A DNA stretch of 64,000 nucleotides from Candidatus Aminicenantes bacterium (GTDB taxonomy: Bacteria > Acidobacteriota > Aminicenantia > Aminicenantales > Aminicenantaceae). The first letter of the stretch is position 1, and every line of letters starts with the position of its first letter. Below, one piece after another: positions 36,317 to 46,463 of the stretch. The stretch is from assembly GCA_011772475.1 (NCBI GenBank), contig WVZK01000086.1, positions 4,406-68,405 on the forward strand, given 5' to 3'. Made by a program: the position numbers and the translations under genes. Below the pieces are notes generated by a model. It made no database searches, had not been told where the DNA came from, and saw only the letters and a program-made list of their open reading frames with translations.

Positions 36317-38470
36317 ATGAAAAACCTAAAAATTTATGGATGGCCTAAACACGCCATGCTCGGATTTACCGTCATTTGCCTCGCATTTTTATTTAGTTCA
36401 GGTTTTACAGGATGCACAACTGAAAGGCCTGAACCGCCGGTTGCTGAAAAGATTCCAAAGGAATTAACCTTTCACGGAGACACAAGGTTGGATAATTACT
36501 ACTGGCTCAACGAGAGGGATAATCCCAAGGTCATTGCTTACCTAACTGCAGAGAATGAGTACAAAGATGCTATGATGAAGCATACAGAGCGTTTTCAGAA
36601 AAAGCTCTACGAAGAAATTGTAGGAAGGATAAAAAAGACAGATATGTCTGTTCCCTATAAAGAAAGAAGCTATTACTATTATTCACGCTACGAGGGAGAG
36701 GGAGAATACCCGATTTACTGCAGGAAAAAGGGGAGCATGGAAGCAGAAGAAGAAATATTATTGAACGTCAATGAAATGGCCAAGGGACATGCTTTTTATA
36801 GCGTTGCAGGTTATACAGTAAGCACCGATAACAATCTTATCGCCTTCGGAGTTGATACGGTTAGCAGAAGAAAATATACGATTAACTTTAAAAACCTGAA
36901 AACAGGAGAGATGCTCCCAGACAAGATTCCAGTTACATCAGGAAGAGCTGCTTGGGCGAACGATAATAAAACGGTTTTTTATACTCTCAAAGATGATGAA
37001 ACACTCCGCTCGTACAAAGTCATGAAGCACGTACTCGGAACCGATATATCTACAGATAAAGAAGTCTTCGAGGAAAAAGATGTGACATTCAGTACTTACG
37101 TCTATAAAACTAAATCTGAAAAGTACCTGTTTATCGGTTCAGGCAGCACTCTTTCTGACGAATACCGCTTCCTGGATGCAGACAATCCTGATGGAAAATT
37201 TAAGATAATACATCCGAGAGAGAAAGACCTTTTATACGATGTAGCCCACTACAAAGACAAATTCTACATCCGGACGAATTATAAAGCGAAGAATTTCAGA
37301 CTGATAGCGACACCTGTCAATAGAACTACCAAGGAAAACTGGAAAGAAGTTATACCTCACCGTGGTGATATTTTGCTCCAGGGATTTGAAGTATTTAAGG
37401 ATTTCCTTGTTCTCAATGAGCGGATAAAAGGACTGCCTAACCTGAGGATAATGAGATGGGATAAGAAAGGCGAACACTATCTTGATTTTGGGGAAGAAAC
37501 CTACTCAGCATATATCGCTTATAATCCCGAATTTGATACTGATATATTACGTTATGGATATACATCTATGACCACTCCCAGGTCTGATTTCGATTACAAC
37601 ATGAATACCAAGGATAAAACGCTATTAAAGCAGCAGGAAGTAGTCGGTGATTTCGATTCGAACAATTATCATGCGGAAAGACTTTATGCTACAGCCAGAG
37701 ACGGCACAAAAGTACCTATATCTTTGGTGTACAGAAAAGGACTAGAGAAAAACGGAGACAATCCGCTCCTCCTTTACGGCTATGGTTCCTACGGTGCCAC
37801 CATGAATGCTAGTTTCAGTTCGGTTCGGTTGAGCCTTCTGGATAGAGGTTTTGTTTATGCCATTGCCCACATTCGAGGCGGCCAGGAGATGGGAAGATAC
37901 TGGTATGAGGAAGGAAAGCTCTTTAAGAAGAAAAACACGTTTACAGATTTTATTGATTGCGCAGAGCATCTAATCGCCGAAAAATTCACTAATCCTGACA
38001 AGCTGTTTGCTCAGGGAGGAAGTGCAGGAGGCTTGCTGATGGGTGCGGTGGTTAATATGCGGCCTGACCTATTTAAAGGAGTTATGGCTGCTGTGCCCTG
38101 GGTGGATGTCATAACAACAATGCTTGACCCGGATATTCCGCTGACGACAGGTGAATATGACGAGTGGGGGGATCCAAATAAGAAGGAATACTACGATTAT
38201 ATGCTTTCCTATTCTCCCTACGATAACGTAGAGGCTAAAGATTATCCTGCGATGCTGGTCACAACTGGTTTACATGATTCTCAAGTTCAGTACTTTGAAC
38301 CGGCCAAGTGGGTAGCGAAACTCAGAGAGTTGAAAACAGATGATAATATTTTGTTACTCGATACAGATATGGAAAGTGGACATGGTGGAGCTTCAGGTCG
38401 TTTTAGACGGTATAAGAGAACTGCATTACAATATGCGTTTTTTCTGGACCTGCTGGGAATCAAAAAATAG
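36317..38470 (+). CDS. ptrB: S9 family peptidase, oligopeptidase B-like
   Basis: DTRLDNYYWLNERDNPKVIAYLTAENEY, YSRYEGEGEYPIYCRKKG, AHIRGGQEMGRYWYEEGKL, GGSAGGLLMGAVVNMRPDLF, DMESGHGGASGRFRRYKR; aaggaggaat SD. Confidence 0.93.
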   Translation: MKNLKIYGWPKHAMLGFTVICLAFLFSSGFTGCTTERPEPPVAEKIPKELTFHGDTRLDNYYWLNERDNPKVIAYLTAENEYKDAMMKHTERFQKKLYEEIVGRIKKTDMSVPYKERSYYYYSRYEGEGEYPIYCRKKGSMEAEEEILLNVNEMAKGHAFYSVAGYTVSTDNNLIAFGVDTVSRRKYTINFKNLKTGEMLPDKIPVTSGRAAWANDNKTVFYTLKDDETLRSYKVMKHVLGTDISTDKEVFEEKDVTFSTYVYKTKSEKYLFIGSGSTLSDEYRFLDADNPDGKFKIIHPREKDLLYDVAHYKDKFYIRTNYKAKNFRLIATPVNRTTKENWKEVIPHRGDILLQGFEVFKDFLVLNERIKGLPNLRIMRWDKKGEHYLDFGEETYSAYIAYNPEFDTDILRYGYTSMTTPRSDFDYNMNTKDKTLLKQQEVVGDFDSNNYHAERLYATARDGTKVPISLVYRKGLEKNGDNPLLLYGYGSYGATMNASFSSVRLSLLDRGFVYAIAHIRGGQEMGRYWYEEGKLFKKKNTFTDFIDCAEHLIAEKFTNPDKLFAQGGSAGGLLMGAVVNMRPDLFKGVMAAVPWVDVITTMLDPDIPLTTGEYDEWGDPNKKEYYDYMLSYSPYDNVEAKDYPAMLVTTGLHDSQVQYFEPAKWVAKLRELKTDDNILLLDTDMESGHGGASGRFRRYKRTALQYAFFLDLLGIKK

Positions 38471-38473
38471 ATT

Positions 38474-38564
38474 GTAGGGGTTTGATTCCTCAAACCCACC
38501 TTTTTAATTCTAAAAATACGCTGGTTAAATTTACCAATTTGTAGGGGTTTGATTCCTCAAACCC
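38474..38564. repeat. Two GTAGGGG-family hairpin copies (67-nt period)
   Basis: gtaggggtttgattcctcaaaccc at 38474-38497 and 38541-38564. Confidence 0.85.
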
Positions 38565-38574
38565 ACATTTTGTT

Positions 38575-40020
38575 TTAAGATTTTTTCCAAAAGGAGGGGG
38601 CAAAGAGGATAAGTACGGTATAGACCTCTAAGCGTCCGGCCAGCATAAAAAAGGCAAGCACCCATTTTCCAACGAGAGGAACGTGAGCATAATGATCGGT
38701 CGGACCTACGCTCCCCAGACCAGGGCCAATGTTGTTCAGAGTGGCTGCAACAGCCGCAATAGCAGATACGATGTCCAATCCTAAAATGGTCATCACAATT
38801 ACTCCGCCTATAAACAATGCGATAAGCAGAGCTAAGAAACCAAGAATGTTTCTGACAATATCTGGAGGGATAACCACATTTCCCACCCGCACCGGGATAA
38901 CCGCTTTGGGATGCATCAAGCGCCTTATTTCGGCAATAACAAACTTAATCAGGATATAGAGCCGGATGATTTTCATTCCGCCGCCAGTGCTCCCTGCACA
39001 TCCTCCACAAAACATTAAAATTAAAAGGATAAACTGCGAATTAAACGCCCACTGCTCAAAATCAGCTGTCGTGAAGCCTGTAGTAGTACAAATTGAGGTT
39101 ACTTGAAACAATGTTTTACGAAATGCTGTTTCTACATTTGAATACTGCTGCGAAAAAGTGTGGAATCCGATAAGAAGCGTGGAGCTGCTGATTAAAAAGA
39201 CAAGAAGCCGCCATTCATTGTTTTTGATATAGCTTTTAAATTCTTTTTTTAGGAATCGATAATGCAGGGAAAAATTTGTCCCCGCAGCAAGCATAAAAAA
39301 GATAATTACATAATCAACATATGCGCTGTTGTAATATCCTATGCTGGCGTTTTTTGTTGAAAAACCGCCTGTAGCCATCGTTCCAAAAGTATGACAAAGA
39401 GCTTCAAAAAGATTCATCCCTCCCAGCATTAATAAAAGCGTTTCAGCTGCGGAGATTAAAACATACACGCCCCACAGTATTTTTGCGGTTTGCGTAACCC
39501 GCGGGGTCAGTTTGTCTGGAGTTGGCCCGGGAACCTCAGCCTTAAAAAGCTGCATGCCTCCCACGCCCAGGAAGGGAAGGATGGCGATCGAGAGAACGAT
39601 GATACCCATTCCTCCCAGCCAATGGGTGAGGCTTCGCCAAAAAAGGATTCCCTGGGGCAGACCTTCTATCTCAACCAAGATGGTTGCTCCGGTGGTGGTG
39701 AAGCCGGACATGGTTTCAAAAAAAGCATTAGTTAATGATGGGATATATCCGGATAGAAGGAAGGGCAGACAACCGAACAAAGCAAAAGAAATCCAACCCA
39801 GGGTAACAATCGCAAAACCCTCACGAGCGCGAACATCTCTATCTAAGCGGGTTAGTTTGAACGAGATAAAACCTACCAAAAAAGTGATTAGAGCTGAAAT
39901 AATAAAGTAAATGTGAACCCCATCACCGTAGTATAGCGAAAAGGGGATAGGCAGAAGCATCACCGCGGAGAGAAAGATCAGAAGCAATCCAAGAACATGG
40001 ATAACTAGTCTAATATGCAT
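38575..40020 (-). CDS. trkH: TrkH family potassium uptake protein
   Basis: SLTHWLGGMGIIVLSIAILPFLGVGGMQLFKAEVPGP, GFSTKNASIGYY, TTTGFTTADFEQW, FCGGCAGSTGGGMKIIRLYIL, NNIGPGLGSVGPTDHYA. Confidence 0.95.
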   Translation of the reverse strand: MHIRLVIHVLGLLLIFLSAVMLLPIPFSLYYGDGVHIYFIISALITFLVGFISFKLTRLDRDVRAREGFAIVTLGWISFALFGCLPFLLSGYIPSLTNAFFETMSGFTTTGATILVEIEGLPQGILFWRSLTHWLGGMGIIVLSIAILPFLGVGGMQLFKAEVPGPTPDKLTPRVTQTAKILWGVYVLISAAETLLLMLGGMNLFEALCHTFGTMATGGFSTKNASIGYYNSAYVDYVIIFFMLAAGTNFSLHYRFLKKEFKSYIKNNEWRLLVFLISSSTLLIGFHTFSQQYSNVETAFRKTLFQVTSICTTTGFTTADFEQWAFNSQFILLILMFCGGCAGSTGGGMKIIRLYILIKFVIAEIRRLMHPKAVIPVRVGNVVIPPDIVRNILGFLALLIALFIGGVIVMTILGLDIVSAIAAVAATLNNIGPGLGSVGPTDHYAHVPLVGKWVLAFFMLAGRLEVYTVLILFAPSFWKKS

Positions 40021-40093
40021 ATGAAAATTGCCAGAATATACTTGATTTTTTCAACCAATAAAGAATGGAAAATATCTCCATTAACGCTTCAGA

Positions 40094-41434
40094 TTATTTA
40101 AACAATTTCTCTACATCAGCAATTGCTTTAGGGAGGGCAAAAACCACGACACGATCCCCACTTTCTATCCGCGTCTCCCCAGTTGGAATAATCACTTTGT
40201 TATTGCGAGTCACAGAACCAAAGATTGCTGAGGGACGAACATGTAGATTCTTTAATGGATGTTTTGTAATCCTAGAACCTTTTTGGGGAATTATTTCAAC
40301 AATCTCTGCATCTAAGCCAGGAATTGAGTCCACGTTTTCAAGCGTGCTTTTCCGGATATAACGCAGGATGGAGTTAACAGTAATCAATTTTTTGCTCACG
40401 ACCGCATCCATGCCGATTGTAGGAGTAATAGGAAGATATTCAGTTTTATTAACCAAAGCAATAGTTCGAGGCACCTTTAGATGCCTGGCTATAAGAGTGC
40501 ATATAATGTTGGTCTCATCATCACCTGTTGCTGCAATAAAAGCATCCATATCGAGGATACCCTCTGTTGCCAAAAGGTCTACATCGGTACCATCTCCGTG
40601 AATAACCAGCGTTTTTTTGAGAATATTAGCAATTTCTTCTGACTTATCCGAGCGGCTTTCGATAACTTTGACATTAATCGTATCCTCTAAGCTTTCGGCC
40701 ACAAACTGCCCGACTAAACCACCGCCGAGAATCATTATATTTTGAATTGAAACATCTTCTTTACCAGTAATGCGCACGATCGTCGGGATCATTTGCTTTT
40801 CACAAATGATGAATATTTGATCACCAGTAACCAGGATTTCTTGCCCACCAGGAATTAATGTACGTTCCTTCCTTTTAATGGCGACGATGCGGGCAGCAAT
40901 GTTGCCATGTTCTTCCCAGAGTTCTCTTAAAGTCTTTCCCAGTACAGGAGAGTTTTTTTCAAGGCGAATACCCAACAGTTGAATCTTACCACCCTCAAAC
41001 TCCACCACACCAGTAGCGCTGCTTTGATGAATCAGGCGGGCTATGGCGTTGGCTGTTTCTCTTTCAGGATGAACGAGAAGGTCAACACCCATCTCGAAGT
41101 CTGACAGTATGAAATCGGGCCGGGTGTATTCAGGATTTCGGACCCGAGCGATTTTATGGGGGACATTAAGTTTTTGAGCAAACCGGCAACTAAGGAGATT
41201 GACGTCGTCTGAATCAGTGAGGCAAGCGAAAACATCTGCTTGGTCTACGTTAGCCTTTTTTAGATCTTCCACGCTCGAACTTGAACCAACTGTAACCAGG
41301 GCATCAAGGTGTTCTTCTGCATATCGTGCTTTTTCTGGATCTATTTCCAGTACAGTAATGTTATGCTTCTCTTCTGAAAGCCGCTTGGCCAAATGAAAAC
41401 CAACTTCACCCGCGCCTACTATCAATATGTTCAT
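40094..41434 (-). CDS. trkA: Trk system potassium transporter regulatory protein TrkA
   Basis: MNILIVGAGEVGFHLAKRLSEEKHNITVLEID; duplicated RCK_N/RCK_C; IMILGGGLVGQFVAESLED. Confidence 0.95.
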   Translation of the reverse strand: MNILIVGAGEVGFHLAKRLSEEKHNITVLEIDPEKARYAEEHLDALVTVGSSSSVEDLKKANVDQADVFACLTDSDDVNLLSCRFAQKLNVPHKIARVRNPEYTRPDFILSDFEMGVDLLVHPERETANAIARLIHQSSATGVVEFEGGKIQLLGIRLEKNSPVLGKTLRELWEEHGNIAARIVAIKRKERTLIPGGQEILVTGDQIFIICEKQMIPTIVRITGKEDVSIQNIMILGGGLVGQFVAESLEDTINVKVIESRSDKSEEIANILKKTLVIHGDGTDVDLLATEGILDMDAFIAATGDDETNIICTLIARHLKVPRTIALVNKTEYLPITPTIGMDAVVSKKLITVNSILRYIRKSTLENVDSIPGLDAEIVEIIPQKGSRITKHPLKNLHVRPSAIFGSVTRNNKVIIPTGETRIESGDRVVVFALPKAIADVEKLFK

Positions 41435-41694
41435 AATCTTTTTTTGTTCTCCTATATCTATCTGGATTGCTTGAATTCCCTCCTATTTCTTCCTTATTTA
41501 GCTTCTAACATAGGAGAAAATTAAAGTCAAATATGCGCCCCTGACAATGTATATAGGCATTTTAAATATTTCCTGTTCTTAGCAGCGTGAAAACTTCTGG
41601 TTTTGCCGTGACTTGATTTCCTTCCGTAGAGCTTTTAATATCTATTCTTGAAACATCCGGTTTGGTTTTTAACCTGAGAAATAAAGGAAATAAT

Positions 41695-42375
41695 ATGAAG
41701 TATGAAGAAATCATAAATAAGCTGAATTCCCTAGCCTGCCCAGAGATAGTCAACGATATGGCGAGGTTCGGAATTAGCCCTAAGAATACCCTAGGAGTAT
41801 CAATCACAAATCTGAAGAAAATGGCCAAGGAAACAGGGATAGACCATGATCTTGCCCTAAGGTTATGGGATTCAAAGATACATGAAGCTCGCATACTGGC
41901 TAGCCTGATTGATGATCCTGAGATAGTTACCGAAGAGCAAATGGAAAAGTGGGCAAAAGATATCGACTCCTGGGACGTTTGTGACCTATGTTGTGGTAAT
42001 CTTTTTGATAAGACAAGGTATGCTTATAAAAAGGCAGTTGAATGGAGCTTTAGGGAGGAAGAATTCGTTAAGAGAGCAGGATTTGTTCTGATGGCAATCC
42101 TTGCAGTACATGATAAAAAAGCAGAAGACAAAAAGTTCCAGAAGTTCTTTCCTCTCATTATTAGAGAAGCCACGGATAACAGGAACTATGTAAAAAAAGG
42201 AGTGAATTGGGCGTTGCGACAAATCGGAAAGCGAAACCTTAACCTGAACAAGGAGGCGATTAAAACGGCAGATAAGATAGAAACAGTAGAATCCAAAGCC
42301 GCCAAATGGATCGCCTCTGATGCGATAAGGGAATTAAGAAGCGACCCAGTACAAAAAAGGCTGAGGAAAGGATAA
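41695..42375 (+). CDS. DNA alkylation repair (AlkD-like HEAT-repeat) protein
   Basis: MKYEEIINKLNSLACPEIVNDMARFGISPKNTLGVSITNLKKMAKE; SWDVCDLCCGNLFDKT; EEFVKRAGFVLMA; NYVKKGVNWALRQIG. Confidence 0.85.
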   Translation: MKYEEIINKLNSLACPEIVNDMARFGISPKNTLGVSITNLKKMAKETGIDHDLALRLWDSKIHEARILASLIDDPEIVTEEQMEKWAKDIDSWDVCDLCCGNLFDKTRYAYKKAVEWSFREEEFVKRAGFVLMAILAVHDKKAEDKKFQKFFPLIIREATDNRNYVKKGVNWALRQIGKRNLNLNKEAIKTADKIETVESKAAKWIASDAIRELRSDPVQKRLRKG

Positions 42376-42378
42376 AAC

Positions 42379-44058
42379 CTACTTTTTATCAAATCTGAGG
42401 TTTTTGACCCGTCCAGCGTCCAGTATAAAACCGGTTGGTTCTTCCTCCTCGTTACGAATAAAATTAATCCTGTAACTCCTTACATTAAACTTATCCTTTA
42501 ATGTGGGCAGCAAGGGATTCTCAGGAGCATTCCTATGAACAAAATGCAGCTTTCCTTCCTTCAGAGCTAACCTGAATGTTACCTGAAGTTCTTCACTATA
42601 ATAATCTCCTGTATATTCTTCTAGCTGCTCAGGAGTTGCTTTTACTTGCTTGAAAGATTCGTATGTTTCAGATTTCTTCCCATCTCGATAAATATGCATT
42701 AATATAGGTTTTCCCTTGTCCTGTTTTTCAAACTTAAGCATCATCTCGACCGGTACTTTCAGCACTTTAAATTCTGTTTCGCTTACGGCTGCAAGGTTAT
42801 ACCTTTGGCCAGACACTTCAAGGATTAATGCGTTGCCTCTTAAACCCAGTCTTCTAAATGCCCCGGTTTTTGGATCCATGTAAGTGCCAGCTTTTTCTTG
42901 AAGTTTTTTCTTCGGGAGCTTAATAAATCTAGTCTCTTCTACTGGCTTCGCTACAGGTTTTTCCTTTTCTACTGTGAATTGATCCGCAAGATAAATGTCA
43001 GTCACTTGCTGGCCTAGCCTTGATGGGTTAAACGAGCTCAGGTTGGAGAGACAGATTACAGAGAAATTTTGTTCTGGAAAGCGAACAAACACTGATCTGT
43101 AGCCTCCCAAGGCACCTCCGTGGCCAACAGTTTTTAATCCTTTATATTTCCCTATACCGAGAGCAAAAGCATAATCAAGCTCTTCGCCGCTGTTCAATTT
43201 TCCTTTGGTAAGCATGAGGTTGATCAAGTCTTTCTCCCCAACCTTATAGTGGTAGAAATTTTGATCCCAAAGAAAAAGGTCTTCGACAGAAGTGAATAAG
43301 CCGCCGGATCCGACACAGTCAAAAGTGGAAATAAAATTCCTAAATTTTCCTTTTCCTGAAGGAAAATAACCAGAAGCTCTGTTCTTTATGAGCATCATGT
43401 AATCATCATGGAAATGAGAGTTTTTCATTCCCAGGGGCTTGAAGATGTTTTCCTCTGCGAATTCTCTGAGGCTTTTGCCACTGGCTCTCTCCGCGATCAC
43501 CGCAAGAAGGAAGTAGCCTGAATTGCTGTAAAGATATTCCTCTCCAGGATTGAAATTTAATTGTTTCTGACGTGCGATAAGTTCGACCACATCCTCTTTG
43601 TGATAAGTGCCATAATCAATACCCGCAATCCCCAGCAGGGTGAGATAATCACGGAGCCCGCTCGTATGGTGGATCAAATGGCGAATAGTGATAGGAGTTC
43701 CATAATCCGGCAATTCTGGCACTAACTTACGGATGTTATCGTCAAGGGAAAGTTTTTCCTCCTTGGCCAGGAGCACGATACACATGGATACGAATTGTTT
43801 TGAAACAGAACCTATATAAAAAACTGATTGAGGAGTGATGGGGATGTTGAGTTCCAGATTGGCCATGCCATACCCTTTTTTATAGATAATCTCGCCATCT
43901 TTAATGACGGCCAGCGCGCAGCCCGGCGAATCTTTCTTGTCCCATTGAGAAAAAAGCTTATCCACTGCGTCTGTTTTTTTATCAGCGGTAGCCGACGAAA
44001 CAAAAACCAGGAAGAGAATAAGCGTGAGTATTGTCTTTAGTCTATATGATCTTTTCAT
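42379..44058 (-). CDS. Serine hydrolase / class C beta-lactamase-related protein, secreted
   Basis: Preferred start MKRSYRLKTI; YKKGYGMANLELNIPITPQSVFYIGSVSKQFV (SxxK), YSNSGYFLL (YxN), KTVGHGGALGG (HxG). Confidence 0.9.
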   Translation of the reverse strand: MKRSYRLKTILTLILFLVFVSSATADKKTDAVDKLFSQWDKKDSPGCALAVIKDGEIIYKKGYGMANLELNIPITPQSVFYIGSVSKQFVSMCIVLLAKEEKLSLDDNIRKLVPELPDYGTPITIRHLIHHTSGLRDYLTLLGIAGIDYGTYHKEDVVELIARQKQLNFNPGEEYLYSNSGYFLLAVIAERASGKSLREFAEENIFKPLGMKNSHFHDDYMMLIKNRASGYFPSGKGKFRNFISTFDCVGSGGLFTSVEDLFLWDQNFYHYKVGEKDLINLMLTKGKLNSGEELDYAFALGIGKYKGLKTVGHGGALGGYRSVFVRFPEQNFSVICLSNLSSFNPSRLGQQVTDIYLADQFTVEKEKPVAKPVEETRFIKLPKKKLQEKAGTYMDPKTGAFRRLGLRGNALILEVSGQRYNLAAVSETEFKVLKVPVEMMLKFEKQDKGKPILMHIYRDGKKSETYESFKQVKATPEQLEEYTGDYYSEELQVTFRLALKEGKLHFVHRNAPENPLLPTLKDKFNVRSYRINFIRNEEEEPTGFILDAGRVKNLRFDKK

Positions 44059-44167
44059 GGTTAGATGTGCCTCCTTCATTCACAACTGAGGTTAATGATT
44101 ATATGAATTTTTCCGGCTCATATCTACATTATTCTTAGGTTTGAAGTGCTGAAGACAATTTTAACTT

Positions 44168-44196
44168 TTGACATCAAATTTTTCCTGTGCTATTAG
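44168..44196 (+). promoter_or_regulatory. Sigma70-type promoter-like block identical to that at 3142
   Basis: TTGACA (44168-44173), 17-nt identical spacer, TATTAG (44191-44196). Confidence 0.5.
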
Positions 44197-44326
44197 GTAT
44201 CTAATAAAAACCAAAACAAGGAGCGAGATATAGGAGACAATTTGACCTGCCAGGTCGAATGTAAAAAAACTCATGGAATTTCCAGATAGAATCGCTCAAA
44301 AGTAAATTATAGAGCGAGCTTGTGCT

Positions 44327-44626
44327 ATGACTAAAGTTGCCCGTGTGAACGCAGAAAAAAAAATAAAAGATTGTCGTCAACTCGTTTCTTCAAAGAAAGT
44401 GATTAAATGTCTTGAAGATTTATTTTTAAACACAAATAACGGCTTGGTTGCCTATGAGATTGGACATGAATATGAAAAAACAGGAAAAACCGAGGAGGCT
44501 ATTGAATACTATGAGCGGGCTGAGAATCTGTTCAACCAGCCCATATATAAGAATATGGCGAGAGCTGCTATAAATAATTTAGCTATAGAATCTCTCCTTG
44601 CTGCGAAGAAAAAAAAGAGAAATTAA
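44327..44626 (+). CDS. Small TPR-like protein
   Basis: 99 aa; LVAYEIGHEYEKTGKTEEAIEYYERAENLFNQPIYKNMARAAINNLA. Confidence 0.55.
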   Translation: MTKVARVNAEKKIKDCRQLVSSKKVIKCLEDLFLNTNNGLVAYEIGHEYEKTGKTEEAIEYYERAENLFNQPIYKNMARAAINNLAIESLLAAKKKKRN

Positions 44627-44661
44627 GCTTTCATTTCTGGAGATAAGGCCCATCAAACCTT

Positions 44662-45762
44662 ATGAAATCAATATTGAAGTTCTATAAACAGCACGCCGCC
44701 CTTTTCGAATTCCTTAAGTTATTGATTTTCCTTTATCTGTTCGTTTTTAGTCTCGAATTGATGGGGACTTCGCTTAAAATGTTCGGGAAAGGGCTGGCGA
44801 CAAATCTAATTCAAACCACGACCAATCCTCTAGTAGGCTTATTTATCGGAATTCTGGCGACTTCTTTTATCCAATCCTCTTCTTCTACTACATCCATTGT
44901 CGTAGGCCTCGTGGGGGGCGGAGTTTTGAATGTCGCTAATGCCATACCCATAATAATGGGGGCCAATATAGGAACTTCCGTGACTAACACGCTCGCCTCT
45001 CTTACCCAGATTAATCGCAATATTGAATTTCAACGCTCATTTTCAGTAGCAGTTGTGCACGATTTTTTCAATTTGCTGGCAGTAATTGTGATATTTCCTT
45101 TGCAGTATTTTACGAATTTCTTGGGCCAGATTGCGAGCTTTATGGGCGAGGAATTTCAACACATTGGAGGCCTGAAATTTCTAAGTCCTGTAAAAGCGAT
45201 AACCAAACCTGTCGTAGGAGTTATAAAGAACTGGATTGGAGATCAACCCTGGATTTTGTTGGTTTTATCTTTTGTTTGTCTGCTTTTGGCGTTATCTCAG
45301 ATGGTGAAATCTTTAAAAGCCTTGGTAGTGACAAGGGCGGAGGCCTGGTTCGATCGCTATTTATTCAAGACACCTTTGAGGGCATTTCTGGTTGGATTAA
45401 TGTTGACTGTAATGGTGCAGAGTAGTTCTATCACGACTTCCCTTGCGGTTCCAATGGCAGGGGCAGGCCTCTTGACCATTGTCCAGATTTTCCCTTACAC
45501 TGTAGGGGCCAATATCGGGACAACGGTAACAGCGATTCTTGCTGCTCTAGTAACGGGAAATCTTTCGGCGATCATTGTGGCTTTTTCTCATCTACTTTTT
45601 AATATATCTGGAATGATTATCTGGTGGCCTTTGAAATTCGTGCCTGTCTCTTTAGCCCAAAGATTTTCCAAGTTTGCGACCCGGAAGAAACTGATTCCAG
45701 TCTTTTATATTCTGATTGTTTTTTTCCTTATACCCATTCTATTGATTTATTTTTTGAGGTAG
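44662..45762 (+). CDS. Na/Pi cotransporter family protein
   Basis: FIGILATSFIQSSSSTTSIVVGLVGGGVLNVANAIPIIMGANIGTSVTNTLASL and second QSSS repeat VMVQSSSITTSLAVPMAGAG...GANIGTTVTAILAAL. Confidence 0.92.
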   Translation: MKSILKFYKQHAALFEFLKLLIFLYLFVFSLELMGTSLKMFGKGLATNLIQTTTNPLVGLFIGILATSFIQSSSSTTSIVVGLVGGGVLNVANAIPIIMGANIGTSVTNTLASLTQINRNIEFQRSFSVAVVHDFFNLLAVIVIFPLQYFTNFLGQIASFMGEEFQHIGGLKFLSPVKAITKPVVGVIKNWIGDQPWILLVLSFVCLLLALSQMVKSLKALVVTRAEAWFDRYLFKTPLRAFLVGLMLTVMVQSSSITTSLAVPMAGAGLLTIVQIFPYTVGANIGTTVTAILAALVTGNLSAIIVAFSHLLFNISGMIIWWPLKFVPVSLAQRFSKFATRKKLIPVFYILIVFFLIPILLIYFLR

Positions 45763-45772
45763 GAGGGAGTCG

Positions 45773-46444
45773 ATGTTTAAAGAATGGATTGCAATCTTTA
45801 AGAAGGATACGTTGATGGACCGTGCTTATAAACGATCTTATTTGATGTTAGACTTAACGCGCCAAATGTTTATAAGGGCCAAGGAATCGCTGCGGTATTT
45901 AGAGGATAATCAAGTTGATATTGATATTAAGGATAAAGATTTGGAAATCAATAAGTATGAGCGGGAGGTGCGTCGTAATGTGTTTAATCACCTTGCAGTC
46001 AGCGGAGCGGCTAAGCTGCCTTCAGGTTTGGTTTTAGTAAGCATTATCATCGACATTGAACGAATCGGAGATTACACCAAAAATATTGTTGAACTGGCCC
46101 TGAATCATTCTGGGAAGTTACACGGAGGGAAATTTGAAAAAGATTTGCAGCGAGTGGAAGAGGCGATGGAAGAGAATTTTGCTAAGACTCGAGATTGCTT
46201 TGAATCCTGCGAAGAGGCTGAGGCTTTGAAGCTGCTTGAAGAATATAAATGGGTAAATCCCATCTGTGACAAAATATTAATAGGGCTGATTAAAGAAGAG
46301 GACAAAAACATCCGTCCTGGCGATGCGGTATCTCTTGCCATGTATTTCCGCTGGCTAAAACGGATCAATTCTCATATGCGGAACATTATGACAAGCGTCG
46401 TCAATCCATTTGATAGAATAGGCTTCGAGCCAAAGACACGATAA
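45773..46444 (+). CDS. PhoU-domain phosphate-uptake-associated protein
   Basis: 223 aa helical; IDIERIGDYTKNIVELA signature; directly downstream of Na/Pi cotransporter. Confidence 0.8.
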   Translation: MFKEWIAIFKKDTLMDRAYKRSYLMLDLTRQMFIRAKESLRYLEDNQVDIDIKDKDLEINKYEREVRRNVFNHLAVSGAAKLPSGLVLVSIIIDIERIGDYTKNIVELALNHSGKLHGGKFEKDLQRVEEAMEENFAKTRDCFESCEEAEALKLLEEYKWVNPICDKILIGLIKEEDKNIRPGDAVSLAMYFRWLKRINSHMRNIMTSVVNPFDRIGFEPKTR

Positions 46445-46463
46445 ATCTTGCAGGGAATCGATC

